DNA of 63,829 nucleotides, filler included, from Octopus bimaculoides (lineage: Eukaryota): NCBI RefSeq assembly GCF_001194135.2. It is 3 parts of 3 records of this genome, joined end to end, with 100 filler letters (N's around TTAATTAATTAA, not from the genome) between each part and the next. Parts side by side here need not be neighbours in the genome. Positions count along the whole stretch, not along the records: positions 36,281 to 63,829 come from NC_068991.1; 2 more parts are not named here. One strand, written 5' to 3'. The notes beneath the pieces are model-generated. The model saw nothing but the letters and a program-made list of their open reading frames with translations, made no database searches and was not told the DNA's origin. Shown piece after piece: positions 39,866-53,420 of this stretch (positions are counted from its first letter, which is position 1; each line of letters starts with the position of its first letter). Position numbers and translations under genes: made by a program.

Positions 39866-40210
39866 AGTTTTGGTATAACGCCAGTTATTTCGGGAGAGAA
39901 AGTAAATGTATTACCAGTGTTCGAATGGTATTTGTTTTATCGACCTCGAAAAGATGAAAGGCAAAATCGACCCCCGCGGAATTTGAAATCAGAACATAAA
40001 GACGGACGAAAAACCGTTGAGCATTTAGAGCGGTATACTAGCGATTCTGAGGGAAGGCGGTGAGCTGGCAGAAACGTTAGCTTGCCGGGCGAAATGATTA
40101 GCTGTGTTTCGTCTGCCGCTACGTTCTGAGTTCAAATTTCGTAGAGGTCGGCTTTGCGTTTCATTCTTTCGGGGTCAATATATTAAGTACCAGTTACGTA
40201 CTGAAGTCAC
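39866..40210. mobile_element. Head-to-head inverted pair of SINE family A copies
   Basis: Minus copy ~39866-40050 directly abuts plus copy 40056-40210. Confidence 0.8.
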
Positions 40211-40938
40211 GACTTTACATGTGTGTATTGTATTTTGAGAGTCTTTCTTTTTTTACCTATATAATCTATTTTTTATTAATTTCAGTCTACGAGATAGTCA
40301 GAGCCTGTGATTTCATTGCCAAAATGGTCCTCACAAAATACTACGCCATCTGTCCCCACACAAATTCACATCAAGATTGTTGCAAACGTTACACAAACTG
40401 TTTATATAAGCATAATTATATACGTGTGTCAGCTTGTGTGTTGTGTAGGAATAACTATAAATATATACATAAAATAAAATTCATGTGTCTCTACGTGTAT
40501 GTATATGTATGTGCGCACGAGCATTTAGTACAGGATTCATTGTGGAAAACATGAATTTGCGATTTACGTGGCGAAGTTTGCAGCAATCATTTCTAATGGC
40601 AAAAGAATGATAAATGTAAAATTTGTCTTCATCTGACTAAGACCAATATAATTATTAATGGTAGGATTAACATTAGTGATTTCATCCATAAAACTGGAAT
40701 CTTCTATGCAAAAATTTAACCGTGTTTTGCTTAATTGAAATAAAGGAATATGTTTCCATAGCTTCTGTGAAAATGAATTCTAAAGGCATTCACAAATTTA
40801 TCATCAAGCGAAGCCTAGAAGAGCTTATTTTTATGTTCGACTGTAATCCTTTGGTTCTTTAATTAATTCAGAGTAGCGAGAGGCGTATAAAATATATATA
40901 CATAGACACATGAACACATGCACACACATGCACACACA

Positions 40939-41021
<83 letters not shown>

Positions 41022-41248
41022 ACACATATACATGTATATTATTGACCAAAGGGTTGAGTTTTTGATGGTTTTGTAGTAGAATAACATATATTGCGGTGTG
41101 CATGTACAAAAACACACACACATACACAAACATATATGTATGTATATATATANNNNNNNNNNNNNNNNNNNNNNNNNNNNNNNNNNNNNNNNNNNNNNNN
41201 NNNNNNNNNNNNNNNNNNNNNNNNNNNNNNNNNNNNNNNNATATATAT

Positions 41249-41281
<33 letters not shown>

Positions 41282-41660
41282 TATACATGTATATATAGCT
41301 GCATGTATACGTAAATATGCATGTATGTGGAAACGAATTGGCCGCATAAATGTATACATATAAACAAGTGTGTGTGTGTGTGTATATATGTGTGTGTGTG
41401 TATATATGTGTGTGTGTATATATGTGTGTGCGTGTGTCTGTGTGAGTATGTGTGTGCGTCTTTTTGTGTGTATGTGTGTGTGTGTGTCTCTCTCTCTCCG
41501 TGTATGTATATGTGTGCGTCTGTGTCTGTGTATGTCTGTGTGTGTGAGAGAGTATGTGTGTGTGTGTGTGCGTGCGTGTGTGTGTGCCATTTGATGTTAA
41601 TTTTGTGATTATATTGCGATAAAAGAATGGGTTCCATGTTTTTGAAAAATTTCATACATG

Positions 41661-41807
41661 TTTCTTCCCAACCACATGGATCTGGGTTCAGTCCCACTGC
41701 GTGGCACTTTGGTTAAATATCTTCTACTATAGCCTCGAGCCGACCAGAGCCTTGTGAGTGGATTTGGTAGACGGAAACAGAAAGAAGCCCGTCATACACA
41801 CACACAC

Positions 41808-41839
<32 letters not shown>

Positions 41840-42068
41840 GCATGTATGTATATATATGTGTGTTTGTCTTTGTCTCCCAACATGGCTTGACAACCGATGT
41901 TGCTGTGTTTACGTCTCCGTAACTTAGCGGCTCAGCCAAAGGAACCGAAGGAATAAGTACTAGGCTTACAAAGAATAAGCCTTAGGGTCTATTTATTCGG
42001 CTAATGGCGATGCTCCAGCATGACCACAGTCAAATTATTGAAACAGGTAAAACAATGAAAGAATAAAA
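41661..42068 (+). mobile_element. SINE family C, near full length
   Basis: B-box-like 'gggttcagtccc', core 'gtggcactttggttaaatatcttctactatagcc', internal microsatellite and 3' body. Confidence 0.85.
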
Positions 42069-42237
42069 TATGTTTTGCCATAGCCCGTTGTAAATAAATG
42101 GCTAACAAACAAGTGATGTTGTACTAGTATGGCTAGTGAAACAGTTGCAGTCGTAAAGTTTACAACGTTCAGATTTATGTTTCATTTTCGTTATTAGATT
42201 TGTCATTTGTACACTTTTTCTCGAGTTTTCATGCTAG

Positions 42238-42360
<123 letters not shown>

Positions 42361-42363
42361 GAC

Positions 42364-42396
<33 letters not shown>

Positions 42397-42402
42397 TAGC
42401 TT

Positions 42403-42472
<70 letters not shown>

Positions 42473-42935
42473 CTATAGCTCATTTCTTTCATTGACTGAC
42501 ATAAACCTTCAAAAACCATTAGTCTGTTGTTGTGCTGACAGTTCTGTCTCTTCTAACAAACTCAACAACCCGTTCGAAATGAAAATTATGTCATATTCTC
42601 TAATATGAATATTAATTTCTCTCAGCTCCCACTTCCGTTGCAGCGCGTACGGTCCCTCCCCCCACCAACCACCGACCAGGCTTCTTTCATGCAATGAAAA
42701 ACAGTGACAACTTAATCGACTTTAGATATATGCGCGCACACGTATCCCCACAGACGTATAAATGCATGTGATGTATACACACACATGCACACACATTCAT
42801 ATATGTATACATATACACACAAATATATATGCATAGACAAATTAATATACCTGAATATATTACACTATATATCATATATATATAGATATATTTATTTATA
42901 TTTAGATATACAGTACGCATATATAGGCCTGTATA

Positions 42936-42981
<46 letters not shown>

Positions 42982-43155
42982 TGTACTTTCGGTAAATATA
43001 CAGTTCTCTGCGTGTTTAATGCCTACGCTTGATTATATATTTGACAACAGTCTGAGAATTTTTTTATTATAAACGTTCAATTTTCAGATTTCATCTGACA
43101 TATATAAATGTCCGTGTATGTGTGTGGTATGTACATATGCATTTACATATGTATA

Positions 43156-43211
<56 letters not shown>

Positions 43212-44106
43212 AATATTTACACATGTTCTACAATATTTCAGCAAATTCATATGAGTTTTTCACTGAGGTATTACTTTAGAAACATTGCATTAATGTGTAT
43301 TTGTTGAAGAATAAATAAATTCTTATGTGTATACATTTACGAATAACTGTCCGTCTGTTTGTGTTTTTGTATGCATGCGTATGTTTGTGTTTTCATGTTT
43401 TAAATGTTATTACTGTAAGTCTGTGTGAGTGCGTGGGTGTGTAATGGGAACATTTTATCCAATATAGCTTACATGAGATTTACGGATTAGATTTGACCAC
43501 TGCTTGTTCATCCTCCGTCAACGAAGCCGTTGTAATTAAAATCCACACAAACACAAACCCACACACACAAATATAAACGCATATATACACAAGCCTATTT
43601 CCACACGCACATTTCATATGTTATGCGTACACACGAAATCTTAAGTGTAAATAAAAATAGACACGCATATAGGATATACATACATATATACTTCTATATA
43701 ACAGAACGAAATGCCTACATACACAAAGAGATACACGCATTAATTATCAAGAATGCGCACAAATACTTCTAGCATGTATATAACCAAGTATATTCGTTCT
43801 AAATCATATATAAACGTATGCAAAACACAAAATACTCACACACACACACATATTTATCTACACATTTATAATGAACGCAAATATGCATTCATATACAGAC
43901 ATACACACACATATACACTCACATTCATACATACACAAACATATATATGTATATAAATTTGTTCAGCATAGGCTTCCACACAGTTTCCAGTTATGAAATT
44001 ACCTCAAAAGCCAATGGCCGGTTCAGGGATTATTTTAGAATACATTCACTAAAGGGCTTCATCTGTAGGACTGAACGCGAATGCCCATTGCTGCGATCAG
44101 ATCCGA

Positions 44107-44178
<72 letters not shown>

Positions 44179-44271
44179 NNNNNNNNNNNNNNNNNNNNNN
44201 NNNNNNNNNNNNNNNNNNNNNNNNNNNNNNNNNNNNNNNNNNNNNNNNNNNNNNNNNNNNNNNNNNNNNNN

Positions 44272-44310
<39 letters not shown>

Positions 44311-44321
44311 TATAGTACTAC

Positions 44322-44683
44322 GGCACTCCGTCGGTTGCGACGATGATGGTTCAGTTGATCCAATCAACGGAACAGCCAGCTCGTGAAATTAACGTGCAAG
44401 TCGCTGACCACTCCACAAACACGTGTACTTTTAACGTAGATCTCGGGGAGGTCCAGCGAGACACAGAGTTTGACAAGGCTGACCCACTGAAATACAAGAA
44501 CAATAGAAACAGGAAGCAAGAGTGAGAGAAAGTTGTGGTGGAAGAGTACAGCAGGGTTCGCCACCATCCCCTGCCGGAGCTTCGTGGAGCTTTAGGTGTT
44601 TTCGCTCAATAAACACTCACAACGCCCGGTCTGGGAATCGAAACCGCGATCCTATGACCGCGAGTCCGCTGCCCTAACCACTC
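44322..44683 (-). mobile_element. SINE family B, near full length, well preserved
   Basis: Minus strand 'gtggttagggcagcggactcgcggtcataggatcgcggtttcgattcccagaccgggcgttgtgag...' through 'gtcgcaaccgacggagtgcc'. Confidence 0.9.
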
Positions 44684-44690
44684 GGTTAGG

Positions 44691-44747
<57 letters not shown>

Positions 44748-45254
44748 GTGTGTCTGTGTGTTTGTACATATGTATACACATGATTATATACATGTATATA
44801 CACATATGTGTCTATAGAGATATATGCATATATGTGTATTTATTAATATCCGTAACTACATAGATTCACTTACGCACACATACACCCACTTCAGTACACA
44901 CACACATTCTACAACCGGTGGATGTGTGTGTTTGTGTGTGTACACTCACAGTCATAGCCGACAAGAAGTAATTTATCGAATCTTAGAATATTTTCCACAC
45001 AAATAAATTTTCACAATGCTTCCATACTTTTTTTAAGATTATTGTATTTATATTTTATATATTTTTCCCTTCCTGTGTCTCGACATTTTTTCTTTGCTTT
45101 TACACTTTTTGTTTTTATATTTCACTACTCTCACATTCACTCACCCAACCTCTCCCTTTCTCCGTCCGCCACTCACTCTCTCCCTCGGTCTCCATCTCCC
45201 TATACACACACACACACATATCTATGCATACACAATATCAACATATACACACAG

Positions 45255-45304
<50 letters not shown>

Positions 45305-45523
45305 GCATATAGATATATATAGGGAGAGAGAGTGTGAGAGAGAGAAAGAGAGAGAAAGAGAGAGACAGATAGATAGATACATGCATGCACACATAACTAA
45401 ATATACATATATATACATATATTTAAATAAATATACATATATGTATATACATATATATATATGTATGTATATATGTATATATATATACATATATACATAC
45501 ATATGTATACATATATATATACG

Positions 45524-45563
<40 letters not shown>

Positions 45564-46087
45564 TATATACATATATATATATATGCATATATATACACAT
45601 ACACATACACACACAAACACCATCGTACGTTTTATAAACCATAGAATACCATACTGGCTCTCTGTATTTTATTAAAACTATATTTGTGTGTGCCTGTGTG
45701 TGTTTGTCTACGTGTGTATATACACTTGTCTTCGTGTGTGCGTGTGCGCGCGCTTATGCATCTTCAACTCAAGCTACTCTCTTGTTTTTAATCTTCTCAT
45801 ATTGTCTACTTTTCCTTTTCTGCTTCTCTTTTTTTTCCCTCCACTCTTCTTTCCACTTGTTTCTCTTTTCTTTGTCTCTTTCTCACCCAGCTTTTTCGTA
45901 CTTTCCTCGCTTGTCCGCCATCATAATCTTTTTTATATCTGGTTTACATAGAGAATCTTATCTATCGGAGCTTTCTGTCCCTCTATGTATCTATCTGTCT
46001 CTCTATCCATTTTGCTGTCTGTCTACGTAATTGTCTCTCTCTGTCTCTCTACTTCTCTACCTGTCTCATTGCATTGCTTTCTCTCTC

Positions 46088-46173
<86 letters not shown>

Positions 46174-47082
46174 TGCATATATATACAGGTATATATTTAT
46201 ATATGTATGTATATGTTTGTATATATATATAGATAGATATATAGATATATATGAAATACATATATACAGGTATACATGTGAGTGTGTGTATGCTCTAGCA
46301 TGGCCACACCGTTATGGCTGAAACATATAAGAGAATAAAGGAATAAAAGAAATATATATTTATACATGTACGAATCCACTTATGTTTATATTCTTGTGTG
46401 CATTAGGAAACACATAGACACACAGACACACACATATTGAGACACACAATCAGAGACAGAAAGAGGCAGATGATTCAATATTCCATATAAGACAGCTAGA
46501 TCGGTGATGGCTTATAGTTGTCCTTGCCTATAAATAGAAATTTATACAGGTAGATGGGTAAGCATTTTAATAAATACGTAGGTATGTAACTGAGGAGGTA
46601 GTCAGATATTTGGTGAAGTAAGTTAGAAGCGGGAAAGAAAAGAATGGATAATATAGTTCCTGTGAAAGAATTTTCGATTTGACATACGCTATAGAGTAAC
46701 AATTCTATAACTATTTCACAAGAAAAGACGATCATGTACTTGACACTGTTTTCACTTTTCCTTTAACATGAGTCGCAGAGTAACATGCTGTCTTTGTATT
46801 CGTGTGCCGAATTCTCAACATGTTCCAATTGTCGGCTAGAATAAATTTTCTGCAAATCGATCATTAAAGAATTCATAAGTGTCACAGAATTGCAATTGTA
46901 ATAGTCCCCGTTTTTTTTTTATTTTCAATATTAAATTTGTCGTCTGCTTTTGCGTCGAACATGTACGTTTTCTCCCGGCTCTCTTCTCTCCTTTCATATT
47001 TCTTTTTTTTTTTTTCCTTTTCTGTTCTCCCCCTCTATTTCCCTCTAGTAACTGAAGAACATCATTACCCGAAACGTTACGC

Positions 47083-47487
47083 TTTTATTCTTTTACTTGT
47101 TTCGGTCATTTAACTGTAGCCAAGCTGGAGCTCCACCTTAAGAGGTTTTAGTCGAACAAATCAATTCATGGACTTATTCTTTGTAAGCCTAGTACTTATT
47201 CTATCGGTCTCTTTTGCCAAACCGCAAGTTTACGTGACGTAAACTCACACGCATCCGTTGTCAAGCTATGGCAGTGGGGGAACAAACACAGACATACGGA
47301 CACATGCATATATATGTATATATATCACGGGCTTCTTTCAGTTTCCGTCAACAAAATCCACTCACAAGGCTTTGGTCGGCCTGAGGCTATAGTAGAAGAC
47401 ACTTTCCTAAGGTGCCACGCAGTGAGACTGAACCCGGAACCACGTGGTTGGTAAGCAGACTATTTACCACACAACGACTCCTGCGCT
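47083..47487 (-). mobile_element. SINE family C, full length
   Basis: Minus strand 'gcgcaggagtcgttgtgtggtaaatag...ccgggttcagtctcactgcgtggcaccttaggaaagtgtcttc' through the AAAAG tail. Confidence 0.9.
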
Positions 47488-48609
47488 TATAGGATAAATA
47501 AATAGGCAAATACACAGGAAGGATAAAATATCTGAAATGCATAAATTTCTACATCAACTTTGTGTGTGCGCGAGCGCATCTGTGCAGACGTTACGAAAGT
47601 GAAGAGATTGGTCAAAGAATTTTTGGCACTGCACTGTTGAGTCATTCAGCAAGAATTCTATCGCTGTTTGGTTCGGTAAAAGAAATGCAAATCTCATGTA
47701 CACTTTGGAAAATCATTGGCGTCGTTGACATTTCATCTGAAGACAATCTCTCATTCTAAATCCACATCTATATCTGTCACTGTCACATACATTTCAGGCC
47801 TTTACATTTGGCTTTGAGATCTCTGTCCCTAAAGACAAGACCCAATGCTTTTAGGACCAGTGTTTAACTAAGCTGATCTAGCTGAACAATCAAAAGGCCT
47901 CCTCGCTTGTTTATTTAATTTCCTCAACGTTAAAACGTCTTCCCTTCTCTTCTTGTCATCTCCTGTTCATGTTTAACTGCCAAATTCTGTCTAAATTGAA
48001 ATATATGTGTCCCTTTACCGAATCCAAAGGAATTCTAAGGAATTCTAAGGAATTCTACGTAGTTCTGCTGTGTATGATTATTGTATGGAGGGGGTCAGTG
48101 GTAGGCCTTGTGTGAGAGATAACCGTGATGGAAGATGTTCAAGGAGGTGGCGATAGAAAAGGGGTGCTGGTGGGGACGGTAGTTTCTGTAGTTCATGATG
48201 GTAGCTGTGATGCTGAAAGGGATGAAGATGATGGTCGGGGATAGGATGACGTTGTTGACGTCATTATAACGATGTATTTGGTAGCATTAGTAAGGAAGCC
48301 AACAGAGATAATGGTGAAATGGTTTTGATGATAATAGCAGCGGTGTCGGTGGCGGTATTTCTATTGCTATTGTTATTGCTTCTCCTTCCCCTCCTCCTCC
48401 ACCTCTTCCCCCTCCAATTTCATCATCATCATCATCATTATCATCATGATTGATTTTATCTCTTTCTACTCTTTCATTTCTTCTTCTTCTTCTTCTTCTT
48501 CTTCTTCTTCTTCTTCTTCTTCTTCTTCTTCTTCTTCTTCTTCCACTTCTTCTACTACTACTACTAGTAGTACTAGTAGTGGTGGTGGTGTGTCGTCGTC
48601 GTCGTCATC

Positions 48610-48655
<46 letters not shown>

Positions 48656-49359
48656 CGTGAAAGCAGTAATATGAGTAAACCACTATTCAGATCAGTTCGT
48701 CCCAAACACATTTGAACATATAAGCCTAATTTTTTCTGACTTGCCGAACCGCTATACTACAGGGACATAAACAAACCAACACCACTGATCGACCCGCTGC
48801 TATAATAGAATACACGAATACACGCGCCCATGGTAGCACGTTGTGGAACTGAACGGGAAACCATGTCGTAGCAAAACCAAATTCGCAACCAAACAAACAC
48901 GTATGTGAATTGAGTTCGCGTCTAGTTTGCTTTTTATTCCTCTGTTTCCTTATTTCTCTATTTATTTTCTTCTTCCCTCCTCTTTTCGATATCCGAACAA
49001 TTTCAGGGACATATGCTTGAAAATGTGTCTAACATTTGCAAAATTTATCATTCAATAGATTTTCTATTAACAACGCTGTTACACTTATCAGTGACAATTC
49101 AACTGTCAATTTTGCTCTGAAGTGTTTGCATATCTGCATTTGAATATGAAATATATTACAGCGTTGCCTTCGCTTCTTGTTCAATGTCACATTCGATCGC
49201 CATTATTTTAATCTCAAGTTCGTGGAAGATGAATTATAAATGGCTTATTTCCCTATCCACCCGTCGTCGTTTGAATCGGCTGGAAACATGTTGTCACTTG
49301 CTTCATTGAATTTTTTTCTTTTGTTTTTTCGTTCTGTTCTGTCTTTCTCTCAGTTTCAG

Positions 49360-49380
49360 ATTTATACTAAAGTTAAACAA
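49360..49380 (+). other. Candidate 21-nt microexon (IYTKVKQ; 27-nt with the upstream AG)
   Basis: ~40-nt pyrimidine tract ending 'ctctcag tttcag|', exon atttatactaaagttaaacaa, donor '|gtaagc'. Length is a multiple of 3. Confidence 0.5.
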
Positions 49381-49718
49381 GTAAGCAGGCATGAAAGGAA
49401 GCGATTTCTCTACCTCAATCTGATCTCTAGAAAAATAATTTGCGAGCGATCAAATCGTAATTCGCTTACAAGCAATTAGGAATCAAATTAGGTAAAATTA
49501 AGGAGAAAATGCTAAGAATATATGTTAATATTTCTAAAATGTTACAAAGCAGTGAGCTGGTAGAATCGTTAGCACGTCGGGCAAAATGCTTACCGGTATA
49601 ACGGCGCTGTGAAGTTGATACGTGGTGATTTTTTAATAGTCTTTTTTTTGTGCTGCTTTGCAGCGGTTTGCGTGTTTACGTGTGTAATTTGTTTGAGCTT
49701 TCAACTGCTGGTTGAAGA

Positions 49719-49934
49719 ATGTCTGGAGACAGTTATAGTTACTCAGACATGTCATCGTCCGAGGAGTTGCTGGAGGCAGTTAAGACAATGGACCAGAAAC
49801 TGATAAAAGAGAAGCGGAATTTTGCTGGTGTAGCAAGGTGCAAGGAAACAGAAGTAGATATCAGGGAATTCGGAAGACACAAAAAAGAAATGAACCGAGA
49901 CGAGTTTGAAGTAAAGCTGTCGCCCCCGGAATAA
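49719..49934 (+). CDS. Candidate coding exon or small ORF of unknown product (MSGDSYSYSDMSSSEELLEAVKTMDQKLIKEKRNF...)
   Basis: Non-repetitive, charged, protein-like 71-aa ORF. In-frame stop just upstream of the ATG; possible acceptor 'tgctttgcag' at 49663 and phase-0 donor GAA|GTAAAG at 49911. No family recognised. Confidence 0.35.
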   Translation: MSGDSYSYSDMSSSEELLEAVKTMDQKLIKEKRNFAGVARCKETEVDIREFGRHKKEMNRDEFEVKLSPPE

Positions 49935-51139
49935 GGGAAAAGACGGTAATATATCGAACCTTTTCGATAAATAAAGGAAAAATACACTTGCTCTGTCTCG
50001 AAAGAATAGCGTTTGTCTAAGTGTATTTCAGTCTAACACTCCCACGCGAACAGGAATATATAGAGGAATAGGAATATATACATGTAAATGCAGAATCTAC
50101 TAATGTTTTTATTCCTACAGTTATACATTAACTGCGAAATATTTTCTTCACATTACACATTCAACAGATGCGAGTTGCGTGCATCCATATGCCAGTATGT
50201 ATATCTTTTTATACACACACACACACATACATATTCATACATGNNNNNNNNNNNNNNNNNNNNNNNNNNNNNNNNNNNNNNNNNNNNNNNNNNNNNNNNN
50301 NNNNNNNNNNNNNNNNNNNNNNNNNNNNNNNNNNNNNNNNNNNNNNNNNNNNNNNNNNNNNNNNNNNNNNNNNNNNNNNNNNNNNNNNNNNNNNNNNNNN
50401 NNNNNNNNNNNNNNNNNNNNNNNNNNNNNNNNNNNNNNNNNNNNNNNNNNNNNNNNNNNNNNNNNNNNNNNNNNNNNNNNNNNNNNNNNNNNNNNNNNNN
50501 NNNNNNNNNNNNNNNNNNNNNNNNNNNNNNNNNNNNNNNNNNNNNNNNNNNNNNNNNNNNNNNNNNNNNNNNNNNNNNNNNNNNNNNNNNNNNNNNNNNN
50601 NNNNNNNNNNNNNNNNNNNNNNNNNNNNNNNNNNNNNNNNNNNNNNNNNNNNNNNNNNNNNNNNNNNNNNNNNNNNNNNNNNNNNNNNNNNNNNNNNNNN
50701 NNNNNNNNNNNNNNNNNNNNNNNNNNNNNNNNNNNNNNNNNNNNNNNNNNNNNNNNNNNNNNNNNNNNNNNNNNNNNNNNNNNNNNNNNNNNNNNNNNNN
50801 NNNNNNNNNNNNNNNNNNNNNNNNNNNNNNNNNNNNNNNNNNNNNNNNNNNNNNNNNNNNNNNNNNNNNNNNNNNNNNNNNNNNNNNNNNNNNNNNNNNN
50901 NNNNNNNNNNNNNNNNNNNNNNNNNNNNNNNNNNNNNNNNNNNNNNNNNNNNNNNNNNNNNNNNNNNNNNNNNNNNNNNNNNNNNNNNNNNNNNNNNNNN
51001 NNNNNNNNNNNNNNNNNNNNNNNNNNNNNNNNNNNNNNNNNNNNNNNNNNNNNNNNNNNNNNNNNNNNNNNNNNNNNNNNNNNNNNNNNNNNNNNNNNNN
51101 NNNNNNNNNNNNNNNNNNNNNNNNNNNNNNNNNNNNNNN

Positions 51140-51580
51140 TATCGGGGTCGACAATTTAAGTACCATTTGCGTACATCATTTCAGGCCTTGTGCCTAGAGT
51201 AGAAAAGAGAATTTAAAGTCGGTGAGCTGACAGAAACTTTAGTATTCCTGGCGAAATGCTTAGCGAGGTCGACTTTGCCTTTCAGCCTTTCAGGATCGAT
51301 AAAATAAGTACCAGTTGCGTACTAGGGGATCAATCTAGTCGACTGGTCCCCACCCCCGCCCCGCAAAATAATTTCGAGCTTTGTGCCTAGAGTAGAAAAG
51401 AATATTAATCTCATTAATTCTAAAATGGTAAGCTGGCGAAATCGTTAGCTCTCCGGACAAAATGCTTCGCGGTATTTCGTCCGTTTTATTTTTTTTTTTT
51501 TTACATTCTGAGTTCAAATTCCGCCGAGGTCGATTTTGCAGATCGAGGACAATTATCCGTCAAATGTAAATAATGTAAAT
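51140..51580 (+). mobile_element. Cluster of SINE family A copies, ending in the tail of the 20844-type element
   Basis: Repeated family A bodies; 51545-51580 'gaggacaattatccgtcaaatgtaaataatgtaaat' matches the reverse complement of 20844-20880. Confidence 0.75.
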
Positions 51581-53111
51581 AAATGGTTTAATTGTTAAGA
51601 TTTATTTGTGAAATGCAGTTGTTTTGAATTTGTTGCAGAAATTAGTCTCTCTGGAGATAAATGGCGGCGGGGAGGGGGCATTAGGAATGTGACCTGGGCG
51701 CTAAGGGGGCAGCAACCCGAATAATTTTCCCAATCGTGACTCCCAACGCCGCATGCTGCCCGCAAGCATATTTCAGCTGCCCTCGACGGCCTTCGCTCTA
51801 TAAATATACAATATTTTTTTCTTTACTTAACTTGTTTTACACTTTTTGGTGCGAACCCCCGAAAAATATCCAGGTTCTGGATTTGGCCCGGATATTACAA
51901 AAAGGTTGACAACTACATGACGTAGACGCCCCATCACTGCCGAGTCGGTGCTGAAGCAGTTTCGAATCTCAGTTGCTTCTCTTCACGTTTCGTCACTTCT
52001 ACAAGATATGACAGGAGTTTATTAAAAACCATTTCACATACAGACCGTTCCATAATTCCTAATTGCTCAAACACAGCATGGAATCACTTGTAATTGAACA
52101 GACAATTCTTAATCTATTTTCAACTCTCATTCTATGAACCGCCTCGTAATGAGAGCCAACCAACACTATCCCTTCACATACGGGCACACACACACACACA
52201 CGCACACATTTACAACCATTCGCGTACACACACACACACACACTAACAAGCACACCACGTAAACACTCGCACGCATCAACGACAGCATGAACAATATTCC
52301 AACAGCTGTGATTTCTTTTCGCTTTTCCATCTTCATATTTCTATTCGCTTCCGCCTTATCCTCCTCCTTTCCCTCTTTCTTTCTCACTTTTTCTCTCTCT
52401 TCTTCCCTCTTAACCCCCCCCCCCCACATCCCATTTTCTTTCTCTGCCTCATTCTTTTTAATTATCTATCTTTATCTTGAGCTTCGTTAGTTTTTCTCTT
52501 CAATTCTTCTTTTCTTCTTCCTCTTCTTTTTCTTCTTCTTCTTCTTCTTCTTCTTCTTCTACTACTACTACTACTACTACTACTACTTTCCCTTCTTTTT
52601 CTCCTTCTTATCTCTCTTCTTTTCTCTTCTATTTTTCTCCTTTTCCTCATCTTATTTTCTCTCCTCTTCTTTTTTCTCCTTCTTTTCCCTCTTCTTCTTC
52701 CTCTACTACTGCTGCTACTTGTGCGCTACGTCAACCCCTACCTTACCTATCAGCAGCACAGCACCACCACATCCGCAGTAATACGAGTTCTACTACCACC
52801 ACCACCACCACTACTCCCACTACCACCACCACTACCACCACTACTACTACTAACACCGCCGCCACCACCACTAGCACTTAAAAGTCCGCCTTCAAACCCT
52901 GCACTGGCTATCGAAAAGGATTTTCTTCAAATGATTAGAAATATTAAAGTCTCTCATAAGGAGAAGTCATTCCAAAAATAAAACAAAAAGAAAGCTCTCC
53001 AGAATTATCTCAAGGATAAAATATTCTCCAGAAATGCTTGATTTTTCGGTCGGACTCGGGAGCTTGTGAACCGTCCCGATTGATATATATCTAAGGAACT
53101 CTGCAGAAAAT

Positions 53112-53159
53112 ATGGACACGCTCATGTCAATACTCTTCGGGATATCAACTTCATCCACT
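53112..53159 (+). CDS. Candidate first coding exon (MDTLMSILFGISTSST) of an unidentified gene
   Basis: aatATGG start context, 16 open codons, phase-0 donor ACT|GTAAGC, within a unique-sequence island. Confidence 0.3.
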
Positions 53160-53368
53160 GTAAGCCTTTCGCTCACCACGGGTCATCAGAACAAAAAGGA
53201 CCTATACACATGTGTGTGTGTGTGTGTATGACATGGTTGATGGTGAGAATCAAATGCAATGTTAGATACAAAGACATAAACACACACACACACACACATA
53301 TACATATACATCCATATATGTGTGTGTGTAAGTATGTATATATGTATATGTATGTGAGTGTGTGTGTG

Positions 53369-53420
<52 letters not shown>

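Noticed and set aside
46591-46610. let-7-like sequence tgaggaggtagtcagatatt
   Set aside because: The seed does not match (UGAGGUAG) and no precursor hairpin is evident.
47685-47692. Octamer motif ATGCAAAT
   Set aside because: A single 8-mer is expected by chance in 64 kb of AT-rich DNA.
48027-48056. (aaggaattct)x3 as a heat-shock element
   Set aside because: The GAA/TTC spacing does not fit nGAAnnTTCn arrays; it is a simple short tandem repeat.
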